64,000 nucleotides of DNA from the human T2T-CHM13v2.0 reference genome, Homo sapiens. The first letter of the stretch is position 1. Each line of letters opens with the position of its first letter. Shown piece by piece: positions 34,636 to 50,249 of this stretch. Where the stretch lies: NCBI RefSeq assembly GCF_009914755.1, contig NC_060928.1, one strand, 5' to 3'. Position numbers and translations under genes: made by a program. The notes under the pieces were generated by a model, which saw nothing but the letters and a program-made list of their open reading frames with translations, made no database searches and had not been told where the DNA came from.

Positions 34636-34855
34636 CTGCAGAGGTGAGGGCACAGGCCGTCAGCACCCGGCTCCTCGCCCACCTTGGAAGCAGCTGCCCG
34701 GAGCCCCCAGGGCCCGTGGGGATGCAGGGTGGAGCTGGTCAGGAGGGCAGAGCCCGGCCTTGATGTCCGGCACCACCCTGCAGGAAAGCCTGGGCAGCAG
34801 GTCCAAACCCAAAAGGTGCAGGGACCGCCACGCCCAGCACGGGCTGTCTACTCAC

Positions 34856-34910
34856 CGTGCCTGCAGCCCATCGCCACCTCCACCAGCTGGAAGCTCTCGG
34901 GACTCTCGGC
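34856..34910 (-). CDS. DGKQ: DGKQ exon 11
   Basis: AESPESFQLVEVAMGCRH. Confidence 0.9.
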
Positions 34911-35071
34911 CTGTTGGGGTAGAGCTTGGCATCGGGTCTGGGCAGGCCCCCACCACCTCAGGACACCCGCGGGGACAGCCACGCCTGGGCTGGGATGGTG
35001 GCCTGGCCTCCTGGGGACAGCGACCCCCCACCAAGTCTGGCCGGCATGGGGAGCAGGCACAGGGTACGCAC

Positions 35072-35162
35072 CTGGCGGCCGAGCAGCGGCAGGACCTCCA
35101 GCACCACAGAGCGGGCCGTGCTCTTCGGGGTCACTCGCACGGACACGTAGGCCACGCCCACC
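35072..35162 (-). CDS. DGKQ: DGKQ exon 10
   Basis: VGVAYVSVRVTPKSTARSVVLEVLPLLGRQ (Ras-association domain). Confidence 0.92.
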
Positions 35163-35236
35163 CTGTGGGGACACAGTCTGAGCTGGAGCTCCCCCCACCC
35201 CGCCCAGCAGACCCTGAGCCTCGGGCCCAGTCTCAC

Positions 35237-35469
35237 TTGAGCCAGCCAGGGTAGATCTTCAGGACCTCCTGGGCCCGCGGCAGAGCCCGGATGACCCAGG
35301 CCTCTGGCGTGGCCTCGCCGGACCCGGGGCTTCTGCCCTCCTCCGAGATCACAGCACTCCCAGCCTTGCCCCCAGCCCAGGCGTCACAGGCCTGAGAGGA
35401 AGGGGGCAGCCGGCACAGCTCCAGGTGGCCAGGGTCCTCGGGGATGTGGTGGGCCCGCAGTGCGGCCTC
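35237..35469 (-). CDS. DGKQ: DGKQ exon 9
   Basis: EAALRAHHIPEDPG...LKIYPGWL. Confidence 0.91.
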
Positions 35470-35656
35470 CTGCAGGGCACCAGGTTAGAGGGGCCAAGTT
35501 GTGGGGGGTCGGGCGGGGTTCAGTGGGGGGCAGGTCATGGAGGGGGAGGCCAGGTGGGTGAGGGGCGCCAGGTTGGGGGAGCCAGGTCAGGTGCGCCAGG
35601 TGCGGGGACATGCGGTCCTGGGAGGGGGCTCAGACCTCCCCCAGCCTCCCCCTTAC

Positions 35657-35757
35657 CAGCACCTCCTCGGCACCGGCCAGGCGGGACACCGTAACGAGGC
35701 GGAACTGGCTTCTTCTTACCGCGTCGTCGCCATCAAAGATCTTCAGCGTTTGCTTCC
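35657..35757 (-). CDS. DGKQ: DGKQ exon 8
   Basis: KQTLKIFDGDDAVRRSQFRLVTVSRLAGAEEVL. Confidence 0.91.
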
Positions 35758-35835
35758 CTGGGCCGGGTAAGCTCCGTGAGTCCCGGGCGCCCGGGGGACC
35801 TCAGTGGAGTTGGGGGGAATGAGGCGGGCACTTAC

Positions 35836-35910
35836 CGGACTCCGGAGTTGCCTGTGTCTCTCTGCCTGGACCCACGGCAGCGCTCCCGTCGGCGCCGTCG
35901 CCCCCCTCGC
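35836..35910 (-). CDS. DGKQ: DGKQ exon 7
   Basis: EGGDGADGSAAVGPGRETQATPES. Confidence 0.9.
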
Positions 35911-35987
35911 CTGCGGGTCGGGCACACGGACCCCTCATTCAGTGCGCAGCCCCCAGCCCAGGGCGCCCCGGCCGGCCCGCACCTCAC

Positions 35988-36135
35988 CCGGCTCCGCGGC
36001 CTCCACGATGCGGAAGCTCTGCGTCTTGCTGAAGCCGCCGGGCAGAAGGCGCACGCACGCGGGAGGCAGGACCAGGGAGCGCAGACGCCCGAAGCCACAC
36101 TCGGGAGCCAGCGCCGCGGAGCAGAGGGAGTGCGC
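35988..36135 (-). CDS. DGKQ: DGKQ exon 6
   Basis: AHSLCSAALAPECGFGRLR...EAAEP. Confidence 0.92.
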
Positions 36136-36389
36136 CTGGGGGGAGAAGGGCCTGAGCTGGGGGGTTGGAGCCAGGGTGCGGGGGCACCAGGTGCGCCAGG
36201 TCCAGGGAAAGACCCCACACGACGCAGACCCACCTGGATCCCGTGTCCTTCCTGCCGCCCGCCCCCGAGCACCCACCTGGAACCCGCGCCTCTCCTGCCC
36301 CGCCCCCCCAACTCCTCCACCTCCCAGCACCCACCCAACCCCGCACCTCTCCTGCCCCACCCCCACCCCCTCGACTTCCCAGCGCCCAC

Positions 36390-36515
36390 CTGGACCCCGC
36401 ACCACTCGCAGCGCACGCCGGCCAGCACGTCAGAGGAGCCGCACGTCTTCCTGCAGACCTCGCAGCGCGCTCCCGAGGGCAGGTTCCCCTCCCGCCAGTG
36501 GTGGTGATGGGTGTC
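36390..36515 (-). CDS. DGKQ: DGKQ exon 5
   Basis: DTHHHHWREGNLPSGARCEVCRKTC...CEWCGVQ (C1 domain). Confidence 0.94.
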
Positions 36516-36586
36516 CTGCAGAGCGGGGGCAGTCAGCAGCTGGGCCCGCCCCACCCCCCAGGGCTCCCTGGGGCCGGTACACTCAC

Positions 36587-36672
36587 GTGATCCTGGTGCC
36601 CATCCTGGTGGCACTGGCGGCAGTCACTGCAGGCGAAGGGCACACAGTCTGGGTGGAGGTGCAGCTCACACA
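36587..36672 (-). CDS. DGKQ: DGKQ exon 4
   Basis: CELHLHPDCVPFACSDCRQCHQDGHQDH. Confidence 0.93.
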
Positions 36673-36918
36673 CTGGGGGGCAGGCAGGGTTAGAGGTGTC
36701 TGCCGCCCCCGGAGGACCCCTGCCTCTGCCGGTGCTTGGGTCTGCCCCATCCCCACCACCTAGCACCCTGCATCCTTTAAGTGTCCTGTGGCCTGCCAGG
36801 CGGCCAGCCCTTGGCCTCCCCCATCACCCCTGACAAGCTGCACAGCAGGGGTGGGCTGGGCCACCCTGGGCAGCAGAGACCAGGACACTGGGTGGGGAGC
36901 CAGGCAGGCTCCAGGTAC

Positions 36919-37018
36919 CTTCGCAGTGGAGCGCCGGTGCCTCCAGGACCTTGCGGCAGACAGCACAGAACTTGCGCTTGTGGAGCCCCCGGGGGCCGAA
37001 GCAGTGGGCTACAGGAAC
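36919..37018 (-). CDS. DGKQ: DGKQ exon 3
   Basis: VPVAHCFGPRGLHKRKFCAVCRKVLEAPALHCE (C1 domain). Confidence 0.93.
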
Positions 37019-37156
37019 CTGGTGGGGCAGCCTCACCTCAGCACCCTTGGTAAGGGCAACAGGCTGCCCGCCACCCCTCCTCGCTCTTCACCTGCGCAAC
37101 TCTGCAGCTCACGCTCCTGCTGAGAACTGCCCAGGCTGAGCCAGCTGTGCTAGCTG

Positions 37157-37379
37157 GAGGCCCCAGGAACAACCACACCCCCAGGTCCTGGGGACAGCCT
37201 GGCTGGTCAAAAGCAGGGAGGAGGCTGTGGCCTCCTCCAGCAGCCCTGCCTAGCGCAGGGGAGCGAGGCCCCAGGAACAACCACACCCCCGGGTCCTGGG
37301 GACAGCCTGGCTGGTCAAAAGCAGGGAGGAGGCTGTGGCCTCCCCCAGCAGCCCTGCCTAGCGCAGGGGAGCGAGGCCC
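37157..37379. repeat. Tandem duplication, 2 x 108 bp, DGKQ intron 2
   Basis: GAGGCCCCAGGAACAACCACACCCC... starts at 37157 and 37265. Confidence 0.9.
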
Positions 37380-37502
37380 GCCTGCCACCCCTTCCCTCCT
37401 TGGGGCAGGCGAGGCTCTGTCGACGGCCTGGCATCTGTCTCCTCCGAGCCAGGAAGATCCCAGCACACAGGGACTGCCCTCTGGGAGATAATCTGGCCAT
37501 AA

Positions 37503-38019
<517 letters not shown>

Positions 38020-39101
38020 GTTAAATACATCTTCTAAATTTCCTATCATGCATACAGTTGAAATACATACTTATATTTTCCCAATTTAGCAAAGTATAGA
38101 AGACATTAAAATCAATTTTAAAAAGCGGCAGCCTCGGGCCGTCCACATGACGAGGGGCCGCCCAAGCCAGTGTGGAATCACCAGGGTGTCGGCCACCACC
38201 AGGACCACCGGCCTAAGGCCTCCTGCTCACACCCGGGGAACTGCATCATTAGGAACAGGGCGTCAGACATTAGAGGGGACGGCGCAGCCGGATGCCCGCC
38301 AGTGGCAGGTGTGCCTGCTGGCCTGGCTTCCCGTCCTGCTGCACACCCGGGCCTGCCTCGCGGCCTGCGCCCCACCTGCAGCCTGAACGCATCAGGGAAT
38401 GCGGACTTGGGGGGCCTCAGTCTGAAGACGGCGACGCTGACAGCTGAGGGAGGAATAAGCCTGGCCCTTCCTACATGTCCCTGCTGTCACCACTGTCACC
38501 AGAGAAGGGAAGTCCCCTGTGCCCTGCAGTGACCTGGGCCAGTCACCTCCCTGCCCCACCCAGAGCCCTTAGAGGGAGGGTGGTGGCCAAGACACCCTCA
38601 GGCACCCAGGCTTCCTGCCTTTGCTTTTTATTCAAGCTTCCTTGAGATGCTTGTGGGTTCACACATAGCTGTGAGGAAACTGAACAGACCCCCTGAAGCC
38701 TTTGTCAGCTCCCCTAAGTGTGTGATCTTGCAAACTGAGGTCACGCCAGATGCCGAAATCTCCATCCCCCCCAGGAGCCCTCACGCTGCATGTCACAGCC
38801 ACGCCCACTTCTCCGCCTGGAAACCTCTCTACATCTGTGCTCCCTTTAGTTTCGTCATTTTGAGCACATTCTATGGACAGGATCTTGCTATTTGCGACCT
38901 CGGGGACTGGCTTTTATCACCATCATTCCCTGCAGATCCATGCAGGGTGCTCAGCCTTTTAATCCCGAGCAGTATCTGCCCTTTGCCTTTCAACTGCAGG
39001 TATCACTAACGTCTGACATGAAGGTTTTCAGTGCCTCGACCCTACGAGAGCTGACACATCCCCCAGCCTCTTGCAGGTGCAACACCCAGCCCCACACTCA
39101 C

Positions 39102-39181
39102 CCGGACCAGGCTGGGTGCCACACTCGTGCACGGGATCCTCACGTGCTTCAGGCACTTCTCATGAGACATGAAATTGCAGA
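39102..39181 (-). CDS. DGKQ: DGKQ exon 2
   Basis: CNFMSHEKCLKHVRIPCTSVAPSLVR. Confidence 0.93.
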
Positions 39182-40643
39182 CTGTGGGAATGAGCACTGT
39201 GTGAGTTGGCCCCTGTCCTACCCAATGGCTGTCCTACCCAGGAAGTTAGAGGCCCCAGGGCAATGACTGCCATACCCACCATGCTGCACCAGGGGCCCTG
39301 TGGTCCTCGAGTTCCCCCACCACCCTGCCCACTCATTGGAGAGAGCCTGCAGCCCAGGAGCCCAGGAGCAAGAACCTGGGTGGTCCTGACCATCCTGGAG
39401 GACAATGAGTGTATCCTCTCATCCAGAGAGCAGTCCCTCCCCTTCGCACGTAGGCCCAGCACTCCTCCTGCCTCTGCAGTTGGGCCTCTCAAGGGGCAGC
39501 CCTGGGCTCACCAGGTTCGCCAGGTGGCAGGGGCTTCTCGGCCTTCGGCAGATTGGCTTTACCAAGGACATCTGTGTCTCACTCCCCCGAAACTACGCAT
39601 ACCCCTAATTGTCCCTGCTACGTGCTGTGCACCGTGCCTGAGACCGAGAGCCACCCAAGGCAGGTGAGGGCTCTGGGAGGCAGGAGCCGCTGGGGAGTGG
39701 ACAGCCCCAAGCCTCCCAAGGAGCTCTGGCTGTGTGCATAGGACCCAGGGAGCACCTGAGCCGGCGGGGTGCTCAGGAGGGCATAAGAGGAGCAAGCGCC
39801 ACACCCCAGCAGTAAAACAGACAGGAGGGTGGGGCCGGGGCAGAAGGGAGGGCAGGAACCCTGGGCTGGGGCAAAGGCTGCGGGGGCTGGGAGTGGGCAG
39901 GGCACCCAGTGACACAACTGCCAAGACAGCCCCGGGTGAAGGTTGTGCCACGGAGCCCCAGGCAGTCCAGCTGGGACAGGGAGCTCTTCCAGAAGGCCCC
40001 GCTGGTGCCGCCCTTCACCTGCTGCAGCCCTAGCCACCCCGGTCTCCAGATGGGACCGGGAGAAGCTTCTCCTGGCAGCTTAAGAGAAAAGCTCTGGAAA
40101 CAGGCCAGGGTCCACCGAGAGAAGGGGGGACAGGCAGCACCCAGGTCCCTCCTCTGCCATGGAGACAGGGCCTGCTCACCCCACGCCCCACGCTTGGGTC
40201 TCCTGGCGGGGAGGGTGCCCTCCTTCCCATACCGCTGCTGGCCCCTCTTCCACGGGTGCTGCCCAGGAGGGCCCTTTTGCCCCCTCCGAAGGGGGAGGGG
40301 ACCCGGAGTCTGGCCTCAAGTCGGGAGCTGCCTCAGCCACACATGCACACTCCCCACCTCTGGGGAAGCCCCTGGCATCCCCAGGCAGCAGGCATGGCTG
40401 TGCCATGCTCTGACGTGACAAAGAAGCTGGCGGGCCAGGCCACCTTGTGCAGCCCTGGGGGTCAGAACAACCATGCCGTTTCCACCACAGACGACATCCC
40501 CGTGTGAGGGGACAGTCTCCTCTGCGGACCCTGACCTGAGTGGACCCCTATCCCCAGAGAAAGGCCTGAGGCTAAGGATAGCCCCTCCCACCTCAGCGTC
40601 CCTGGCCAGGACACAGTAAGTGTCAAACGTCCAGAACTCCGGT

Positions 40644-40760
40644 CCTGTCCCTCGCTCCCTCCAGAGGCTGGGCTGTGGTCCCCCTGTCCCTCGCTCCCTC
40701 CAGAGGCTGGGCTGTGGTCCCCCTGTCCCTCGCTCCCTCCAGAGGCTGGGCTGTAGTCCC
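40644..40760. repeat. Tandem repeat, 3 x 39 bp, DGKQ intron 1
   Basis: CCTGTCCCTCGCTCCCTCCAGAGGCTGGGCTGTGGTCCC repeated. Confidence 0.88.
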
Positions 40761-41049
40761 CGGGGCCCGCCTGCTTGCCGCGGGGGAAGATGAGAGCCAG
40801 CCCTGGGAGCACCCGGGCCCAGAACAGGGAAGGGCTGTCCTCACCCCAGCAAGAGCTGGGCAGCTGGGTGGAGCAGGGCTGGGACACGCGCACCGGGACG
40901 GCAGGGCCCGGCCTGGCTCTCCAGGAGGCTGGGACTCTGGGCCACAGCATGAGAAGGGCTAGGGCCAGGGGCCCAGGCCAGCCCTGCTTAGCCACACCTG
41001 CTGCCCCAGCCACTGGGAGAGGAAGCCGGCCATGGGGACCCCAGCTGAG

Positions 41050-42400
41050 GTCCCGCTCGCATCAGGCACAGCCCCTGGGTCGCAGCCATCGCGCGGCACT
41101 ATGGAGATGCTGTCCGCACCTCCCAGGTGAGGAAGCCCGCAGCCTGGAGCGGCCCCACGGCGCACAGGCCCCGGCCGCCCCACGAAGGCACGTCCCGCGA
41201 GCAGGGCTGGGACCCCGCCCTCCACTCCCCCGAAAGCGCCGGTGCCACCTCCGCTCAGGCTCCCGCCCACGGGGCAGAGGCAGGGCTGCAGCCGGGTAGG
41301 CATCGGGCCCGGGCGCTCACCGTCGCACAGGAAGCCGGCCAGCCCCCAGATGAAGTCGGAGCAGAGGTGGCAGAAGGTGGGCTTGGTGAGCGTCACCTTC
41401 CGGAAGCTGTGTCCCGGCGCGGCAGCGGGGCCCGGGGCTCTGACGCCCGCCCGCTCGGGTCCCGGCCCCGGCCCCGGCCCCGGGCGCGCGCGGCCTCCTG
41501 AGCCCAGCACGGGGCTGCAGGCCGGGCTGCCGGGGCGCGGGGAGCCGCCGCCCAGCCAGGCGCGGGCCCCGGGCTCGGCCGCCGCCGCCATTCCCGGCCC
41601 GAGCGGCCCGAGCCCCTTTAGGTCCGCGCCGGGGGTACAGGAGCCGCCGCTACACTGCCGGGTACACTGCTTCCGACTGCGCCTGCCCCACTGCGCAGGC
41701 GCGGGCCGCGGGGCGGGGCGGGGCGCTGCTGGTGGGCGGATCTGGGGGCTGGCGGGGCGGGGCCTACTAAGGGTCGCAGCCGTGCCCCGTCGATGAGCGG
41801 GGCTGGGGGCGGGCCCTGTGATCGGGCGGGGCGGGGCCTGCTAAGGGGCGGGGCCTGTGCGCGGAGGCCGCTCGCGAACCAGCCGTGGGGAACTGGTCCA
41901 CGTGGGCTCGGTTTGACCGCAGCCGGGCCAGACTTCTCCGGACGCCGCACGCGCGGCGTTGTACCTGCGGGGTCCCGGCCCGCGGCTGCGCAGACAGGCG
42001 CCTCCCACGCGAGACGCGGATGCTGTCCGAGGCCCCCGGCCGCGCAGGACGCCCCCGGCGAGGGGCAGCGCTGCGGGCCTCCCACAGTGGGTCCCGGAAA
42101 GCGGGGTTTGCGGTGCTTGGGCGGCTCCGTCCGTGGGGTCTTCGCACGCGCAGACTTGGCCCTGCCCGAGGCCCAGGACCCCCGGCGCCCGACCGCTGTC
42201 CTCACTGCAACGGGGGACCCGCCTGCGGCCCGGGGCTGTCCGCTCGCGACCCCCACCCGGGCCTCACGCCGAGCGCCCAGCTCTCCTGCCTCGTGCGCGC
42301 CACGGGTCTTGTTCAGGTGGCGCTGGTGTCCTTTGAGAGCCGCGTCCACGCGGGTCACCCCTCCCCGCCGCTGGCAGCAGTCTGGGTCCTTGCCCCCGTG
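41050..42400. promoter_or_regulatory. DGKQ promoter CpG island with multiple GC boxes
   Basis: High CpG; repeated GGGGCGGGGC at 41709-41855; TGCGCAGGCGCG NRF1-like site at ~41692. Confidence 0.85.
41321..41591 (-). CDS. DGKQ: DGKQ exon 1 CDS
   Basis: MAAAAEPGARAWLGGGSPRPGSP...HSFRKVTLTKPTFCHLCSDFIWGLAGFLCD; donor GTGAG. Confidence 0.96.
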
Positions 42401-43432
42401 GGCCTAACTGTGGATAGGAGTCTGCGAAGCGGGGGACCCCACCCCGGGCCACCGAGCGGGGACCTGCAGAGGGCAGGGCTCCAGGGCCATCGCAGCAGGC
42501 GGTCTCAGGGGGCAGGAAGAGCAGGGAAGGGCCTGTGGGGAGACGCCTGAAAGGGGCTGGGGGCTGTGGACTCTGGAGGGAAGGAGCCGGGAGACCTGTC
42601 CTAGGGGCTGTGCTGGTGAGGGCACCCAGACCACAGGGGATTCCAGGAATGGAGGGTGAGCCGGGGACCCAGTCTGAGGAGGGAGGAGCAGGCCCCTGAG
42701 ATGGTGAGGGGGGAGACGCAGTCCTCAACCAGGGAGGATTCTGTTTGTCCAGAAGCTGCTGGTTGAGCTGCTGGGGTAGGACCCTGGGTGGACCCCAGGG
42801 TAAAGGGAATGCAGCCAAAGCTTCAGGGAACCTTCACCCTCCAGGAGCTGCGCTCTGGGACAGACAGCACCCTGAAGAATGAGGGCTGCCTGGGGGCAGC
42901 AGGAAGGCGTCCAGGCGGAAAGCCGGAGCAGAGGCCCTGTGGCAGGGTGCTCCGCAGAAATCCTTTCCTGATGCCCACCTATGCTGGGAGGCCCGGAGTC
43001 ACCACCCCTGCATTCCCTGTCTCCTGTGCCAGACCCCACCCCGAGCCTGCCCTCAGCCAGGCCCCAAGACCCCCTGTGCCTGGGCCCTGGGAGAGCTAGG
43101 ACCCAGCCTTGTGGCCCATGAGGAGGAGGTGGCTCACTGAGCCCGTGGTGCTCATGGCAGTGAACCACGGTGCAAACTGCAGCTGGCTTCTGAGGAAAAA
43201 CTGTTTAAGGACATACCTTTCTCCATTTAGGAGACAGTGGAGAGCATCAAAAACATCTTAAAAAGGAAAACCCTCATCTACCATTTCTGCCAGAACTTTC
43301 TGCTTTCTGACGCACACGTTAATTAAAATGGCGGGCAAAGCATCCTTCCAGCAAACACTCCACGGACTTCCTAGAACGTCCTCCAAAGCCACCAGCAGCT
43401 TCTCGCTGAAGGGGCCTTAAAACTTTGAATCC

Positions 43433-44687
43433 GCTCTCCCTCTCCCTCTCCCTCTCCCTCTCCCTCTCCCTCTCCCTCTCCCTCCACGGTCTCCTTCCAC
43501 GGTCTCCCTCTGATGCCGAGCCAAAGCTGGACGGTACTGCCGCCATCTCGGCTCACTGCAACCTCCCTGCCTGATTCTCCTGCCTCAGCCTGCCGAGTGC
43601 CTGCCATTGCAGGTGCGCGCCGCCACGCCTGACTGGTTTTCGTTTTTTTTTTGGTGGAGACGGGGTTTTGCTGTGTTGGCCGGGCTGGTCTCCAGCTCCT
43701 AACCGCGAGTGATCCGCCAGCCTCGGCCTCCCGAGGTGCCGGGATTGCAGACGGAGTCTCGTTCACTCAGTGCTCAATGGTGCCCAGGCTGGAGTGAAGT
43801 GGCGTGATCTCGGCTCGCTACAACCTCCACCTCCCAGCCGCCTGCCTTGGCCTCCCAAAGTGCCGAGATTGCAGCCTCTGCCCAGCCGCCACCCCGTCTG
43901 GGAAGTGAGGAGCGTCTCTGCCTGGCCCCCCATCGTCTGGGATATGAGGAGCCCCTCTGCCTGGCTGCCCAGTCTGGAAAGTGAGGAGCGTCTCTGCCCG
44001 GCCGCCATCCCATCTAGGAAGCGAGGAGCGCCTCTTCCCCGCCGCCTTCCCATCTAGGAAGTGAGGAGCGTCTCTGCCCGGCCGCCCATCGTCTGAGATG
44101 TGGGGAGCACCTCTGCCCCGCCGCCCTGTCTGGGATGTGAGGAGCGCCTCTGCTGGCCACAACCCTGTCTGGGAGGTGAGGAGCGTCTCTGCCCGGCCGC
44201 CCCGTCTGAGAAGTGAGGAAACCCTCTGCCTGGCAACCGCCCCGTCTGAGAAGTGAGGAGCCCCTCCGTCCAGCAGCCACCCCGTCTGGGAAGTGAGGAG
44301 CGTCTCCGCCCGGCAGCCGCCCCGTCCGGGAGGTGAGGGGCTCCTCTGCCCGGCCGCCCCTACTGGGAAGTGAGGAGCCCCTCTGCCCGGCCAGCCGCCC
44401 CATCCGGGAGGTGAGGGGCGCTTCTGCCCAGCCGCCCCTACTGGGAAGTGGGGAGCCCCTCTGCCCGGCCACGACCCCGTCTGGGAGGTGTGTCCAGCGG
44501 CTCATTGGGGATGGGCCATGATGACAATGGCGGTTTTGTGGAATAGAAAGGCGGGAAGGGTGGGGAAAAAATTGAGAAATCGGATGGTTGCCGGGTCTGT
44601 GTGGATAGAAGTAGACATGGGAGACTTTTCATTTTGTTCTGTACTAAGAAAAATTCTTCTGCCTTGGAAAAAAAAAAAAAAAACAAC
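43433..44687 (+). mobile_element. SVA retrotransposon (SVA_E-like by recall), SINE-R 3'-truncated, with target-site duplication
   Basis: (CCCTCT)n at 43434-43483, Alu-like region, GC-rich VNTR (~43880-44487), partial SINE-R, poly(A) from 44668; TSD AACTTTGAATCC at 43421-43432 and 44688-44699. Confidence 0.93.
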
Positions 44688-44809
44688 AACTTTGAATCCC
44701 AGCCTGGACCACGGCACCCGCCACAACGGAGCTTGTCTGCCAGAGGGACAGCTTCTTCTGTGCAGGCCCGTCCACGTCTCCAGGCCTGTGTCTCCCACTC
44801 CCTTTCCTG

Positions 44810-45370
44810 TCTGTCTTGGTCAACGTGGGCTGCCGTGACAGAAGACCACAGACTGGAGGCTTAAACCACAGGAAACGTGTTTCTTACTGCTCTGGAGGAT
44901 GGGAAGTAGAGATGGGGGTACTGGCATGTTTGGTTCTGGTGAGGGCCTCTCCCCCCACCACTCCCCTGAGGAAACCAGGGTCTAAAGTCTAACCATACTT
45001 ATGGGTAGAACTGTCCCCCCAAAATTCTATGTTGACATTCCAACCCCCAGCACCTCAGAATGTGACTTGTTTGGAGACAGAGTCTTTACAGAGAAAATCA
45101 GGTTAAGGTGCGGTCACAAGGGCGGGCCTCACCCCAGCATGAGGCGCCCTTATGGAAAGGGGATCTGGAGACAGGCACGCAGGGAGAGGCCGTGCGAAGA
45201 TGAAGGCCGAGGTCAGGGCGGTGCTTTCTCAGGCCAAGGATCACCGAGGGCTGCTGGCCGCCACAGGGAGCTGGGGAGAGGATGGGACCGGTCCTGCCTC
45301 GCAGCCTCGGAGGAGCCGGCCATGCAACCGGATCCTAGACTTCTTCACTCTGAGCGTGTGCATGAGTAAC
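44810..45370. mobile_element. MLT1-type (MaLR) LTR fragments
   Basis: ccacagactggaggcttaaac and gaatgtgacttgtttggagacagagtcttt resemble MLT1 consensus by recall. Confidence 0.6.
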
Positions 45371-45807
45371 TGCGGAAGCACGGTGGGTATTGATTCTGGG
45401 GCTTAAACACATTCAGCAAGCTGGTGTATTTGCAGATGCAGGATCTCTGAGCAAGGGGGCTGGCCGGTGCATGTCACATGTGCCTAGACCCTCCATGCAA
45501 CGGCTCTTAGGGGGTCCTAGTTTTCCTGCCATCCGACTGACCAAGCCTTCCCTTCCACAAGGCGTATGTCCTGTTTAAGCACCTGCCTCCCCTGAGGTCT
45601 TAAATAGGTTTCCCTATTGGGAGGGGAGTCTTTTTACGTTTTACATTTACATCTGTGAGCCAGCCAAGACTGATCTGGGGGTGTCGTGTGAGGTGGGTCC
45701 AGCTGCTTGTTGGGGGCGCTTTCCCCACAGCTCTGGGAACCTCTGCCACAAGGCAGAGAACCAAGTAAGCACAGGGCTGGAGCTTGCACAGGTTTCGGGC
45801 AGCCTGA

Positions 45808-47083
<1,276 letters not shown>

Positions 47084-47532
47084 TTAAAACTTGACTAATA
47101 GCACAAGCAGCACAAAATCCAGAAAATACCGAGATTTTTTATTCATAACAGCTTGCTAGGATACCCTTTCATCCACTTTTTTATTGTCTCTTTTTACAAT
47201 TTTGCAATATCATCTTCCACAGAGGAAAGAGGAAGACGAAAGGTAATCCTCAGGCCCACTAGCATGGCTGGTTTTTAAAAGTGTGCTTTGCTTTACAGAA
47301 ATGTACTGATGACTGGTTACATCATCCACATGGTAAAGCCTGTTGTGAAATTTGGAGGACGCTTGCTCAGGCTTCTCTCCTCTGCAGGCTGGCCAGGTTG
47401 AGGGGCTGCCTTTTTTCCCCAGGTGCTGATCCAAGCCTCCCTCTGGAATAAGCTGTATCCACCGGCTTCTCGTGAGGCTGGTGTGAGGGTCCCGCATTCT
47501 CGATGTCGTTGATGTCGGCATTTCCTGTTAAA

Positions 47533-47631
47533 TCAGCAAGATCTTTCCTCCTCTTCCAGAAGTTCCTGCGAGTCACTCCTCTGTGTTAATTGCCATGGGT
47601 GTTGCTGGAAGCTGTTTCTACCCCAGGACGT
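47533..47631 (-). CDS. SLC26A1: Alternative last exon of SLC26A1 (short 224-aa isoform)
   Basis: ttccag|TSWGRNSFQQHPWQLTQRSDSQELLEEEERSC*; phase 0 matches the exon-2 donor; 192+32=224 aa, matching the recalled short isoform; AATAAA (minus) at 47180-47185. Confidence 0.7.
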   Translation of the reverse strand, partial: TSWGRNSFQQHPWQLTQRSDSQELLEEEERSC

Positions 47632-48029
47632 CTGGAAGGAAGTGGCCGGGAAGGGCATGGTGGAGGCCGCTGACCCGCTGACGTCTCCACAGCCAAACGT
47701 CCCCCTGCCGGGCCCCAAAGTGCCCACTGCCTCTCCAGTGCCAGCCCAGCAAGAGAGGAAGCGGAGGCGGGGTGGGAGCCCTTGTGGTTAAGGAATTTTG
47801 GCTTAGCACCTTTTACAAAACCGTGTGCTGCCTTGGAAGGGGATCTACCAGCTTCCCGTGAATCCGTCCCACTGTGTGGACCTGCTATGCCAGTGCCATG
47901 ACGTGGACCAGGCTGGCACAAGCCCTCTGCAGGTCCACCTGTTGGCAGCGCCACACTCCCTCCCGAGGCAAAGCTACTGGCCCCTTCTAGCTTCCAGAGC
48001 TGATTTCCAGAGGCCGCACACCTTTGTTC

Positions 48030-49200
<1,171 letters not shown>

Positions 49201-49440
49201 GCAGACACGGCCTCTGCTCCACTCAGGGCCCGTTTCAGCCACCTGGAAGCCGCAGTTCACCGCCACCTCCAAGGACACAGCCCACCTTTTCCAGGCTGCG
49301 CCGGGACCTCCACTGACCAGGCCTTCTTCAGAGGCGCGGGCCCACGTGCATGGAGAGCACCCTCCTACTGACACGCAGTCCAGTATCTTTTCGTTCTTTT
49401 TGGGTTCTGGTGGCAACATATTCCTCGTTTCCAAATTTTA

Positions 49441-50249
<809 letters not shown>

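Noticed and set aside
35776-36763. 243- and 319-aa plus-strand ORFs antisense to DGKQ exons 4-7
   Set aside because: Low-complexity Pro/Arg/Ala composition expected from very high GC content
43319-44838. ORFs within the SVA
   Set aside because: SVA is non-coding; ORFs come from hexamer and VNTR repeats
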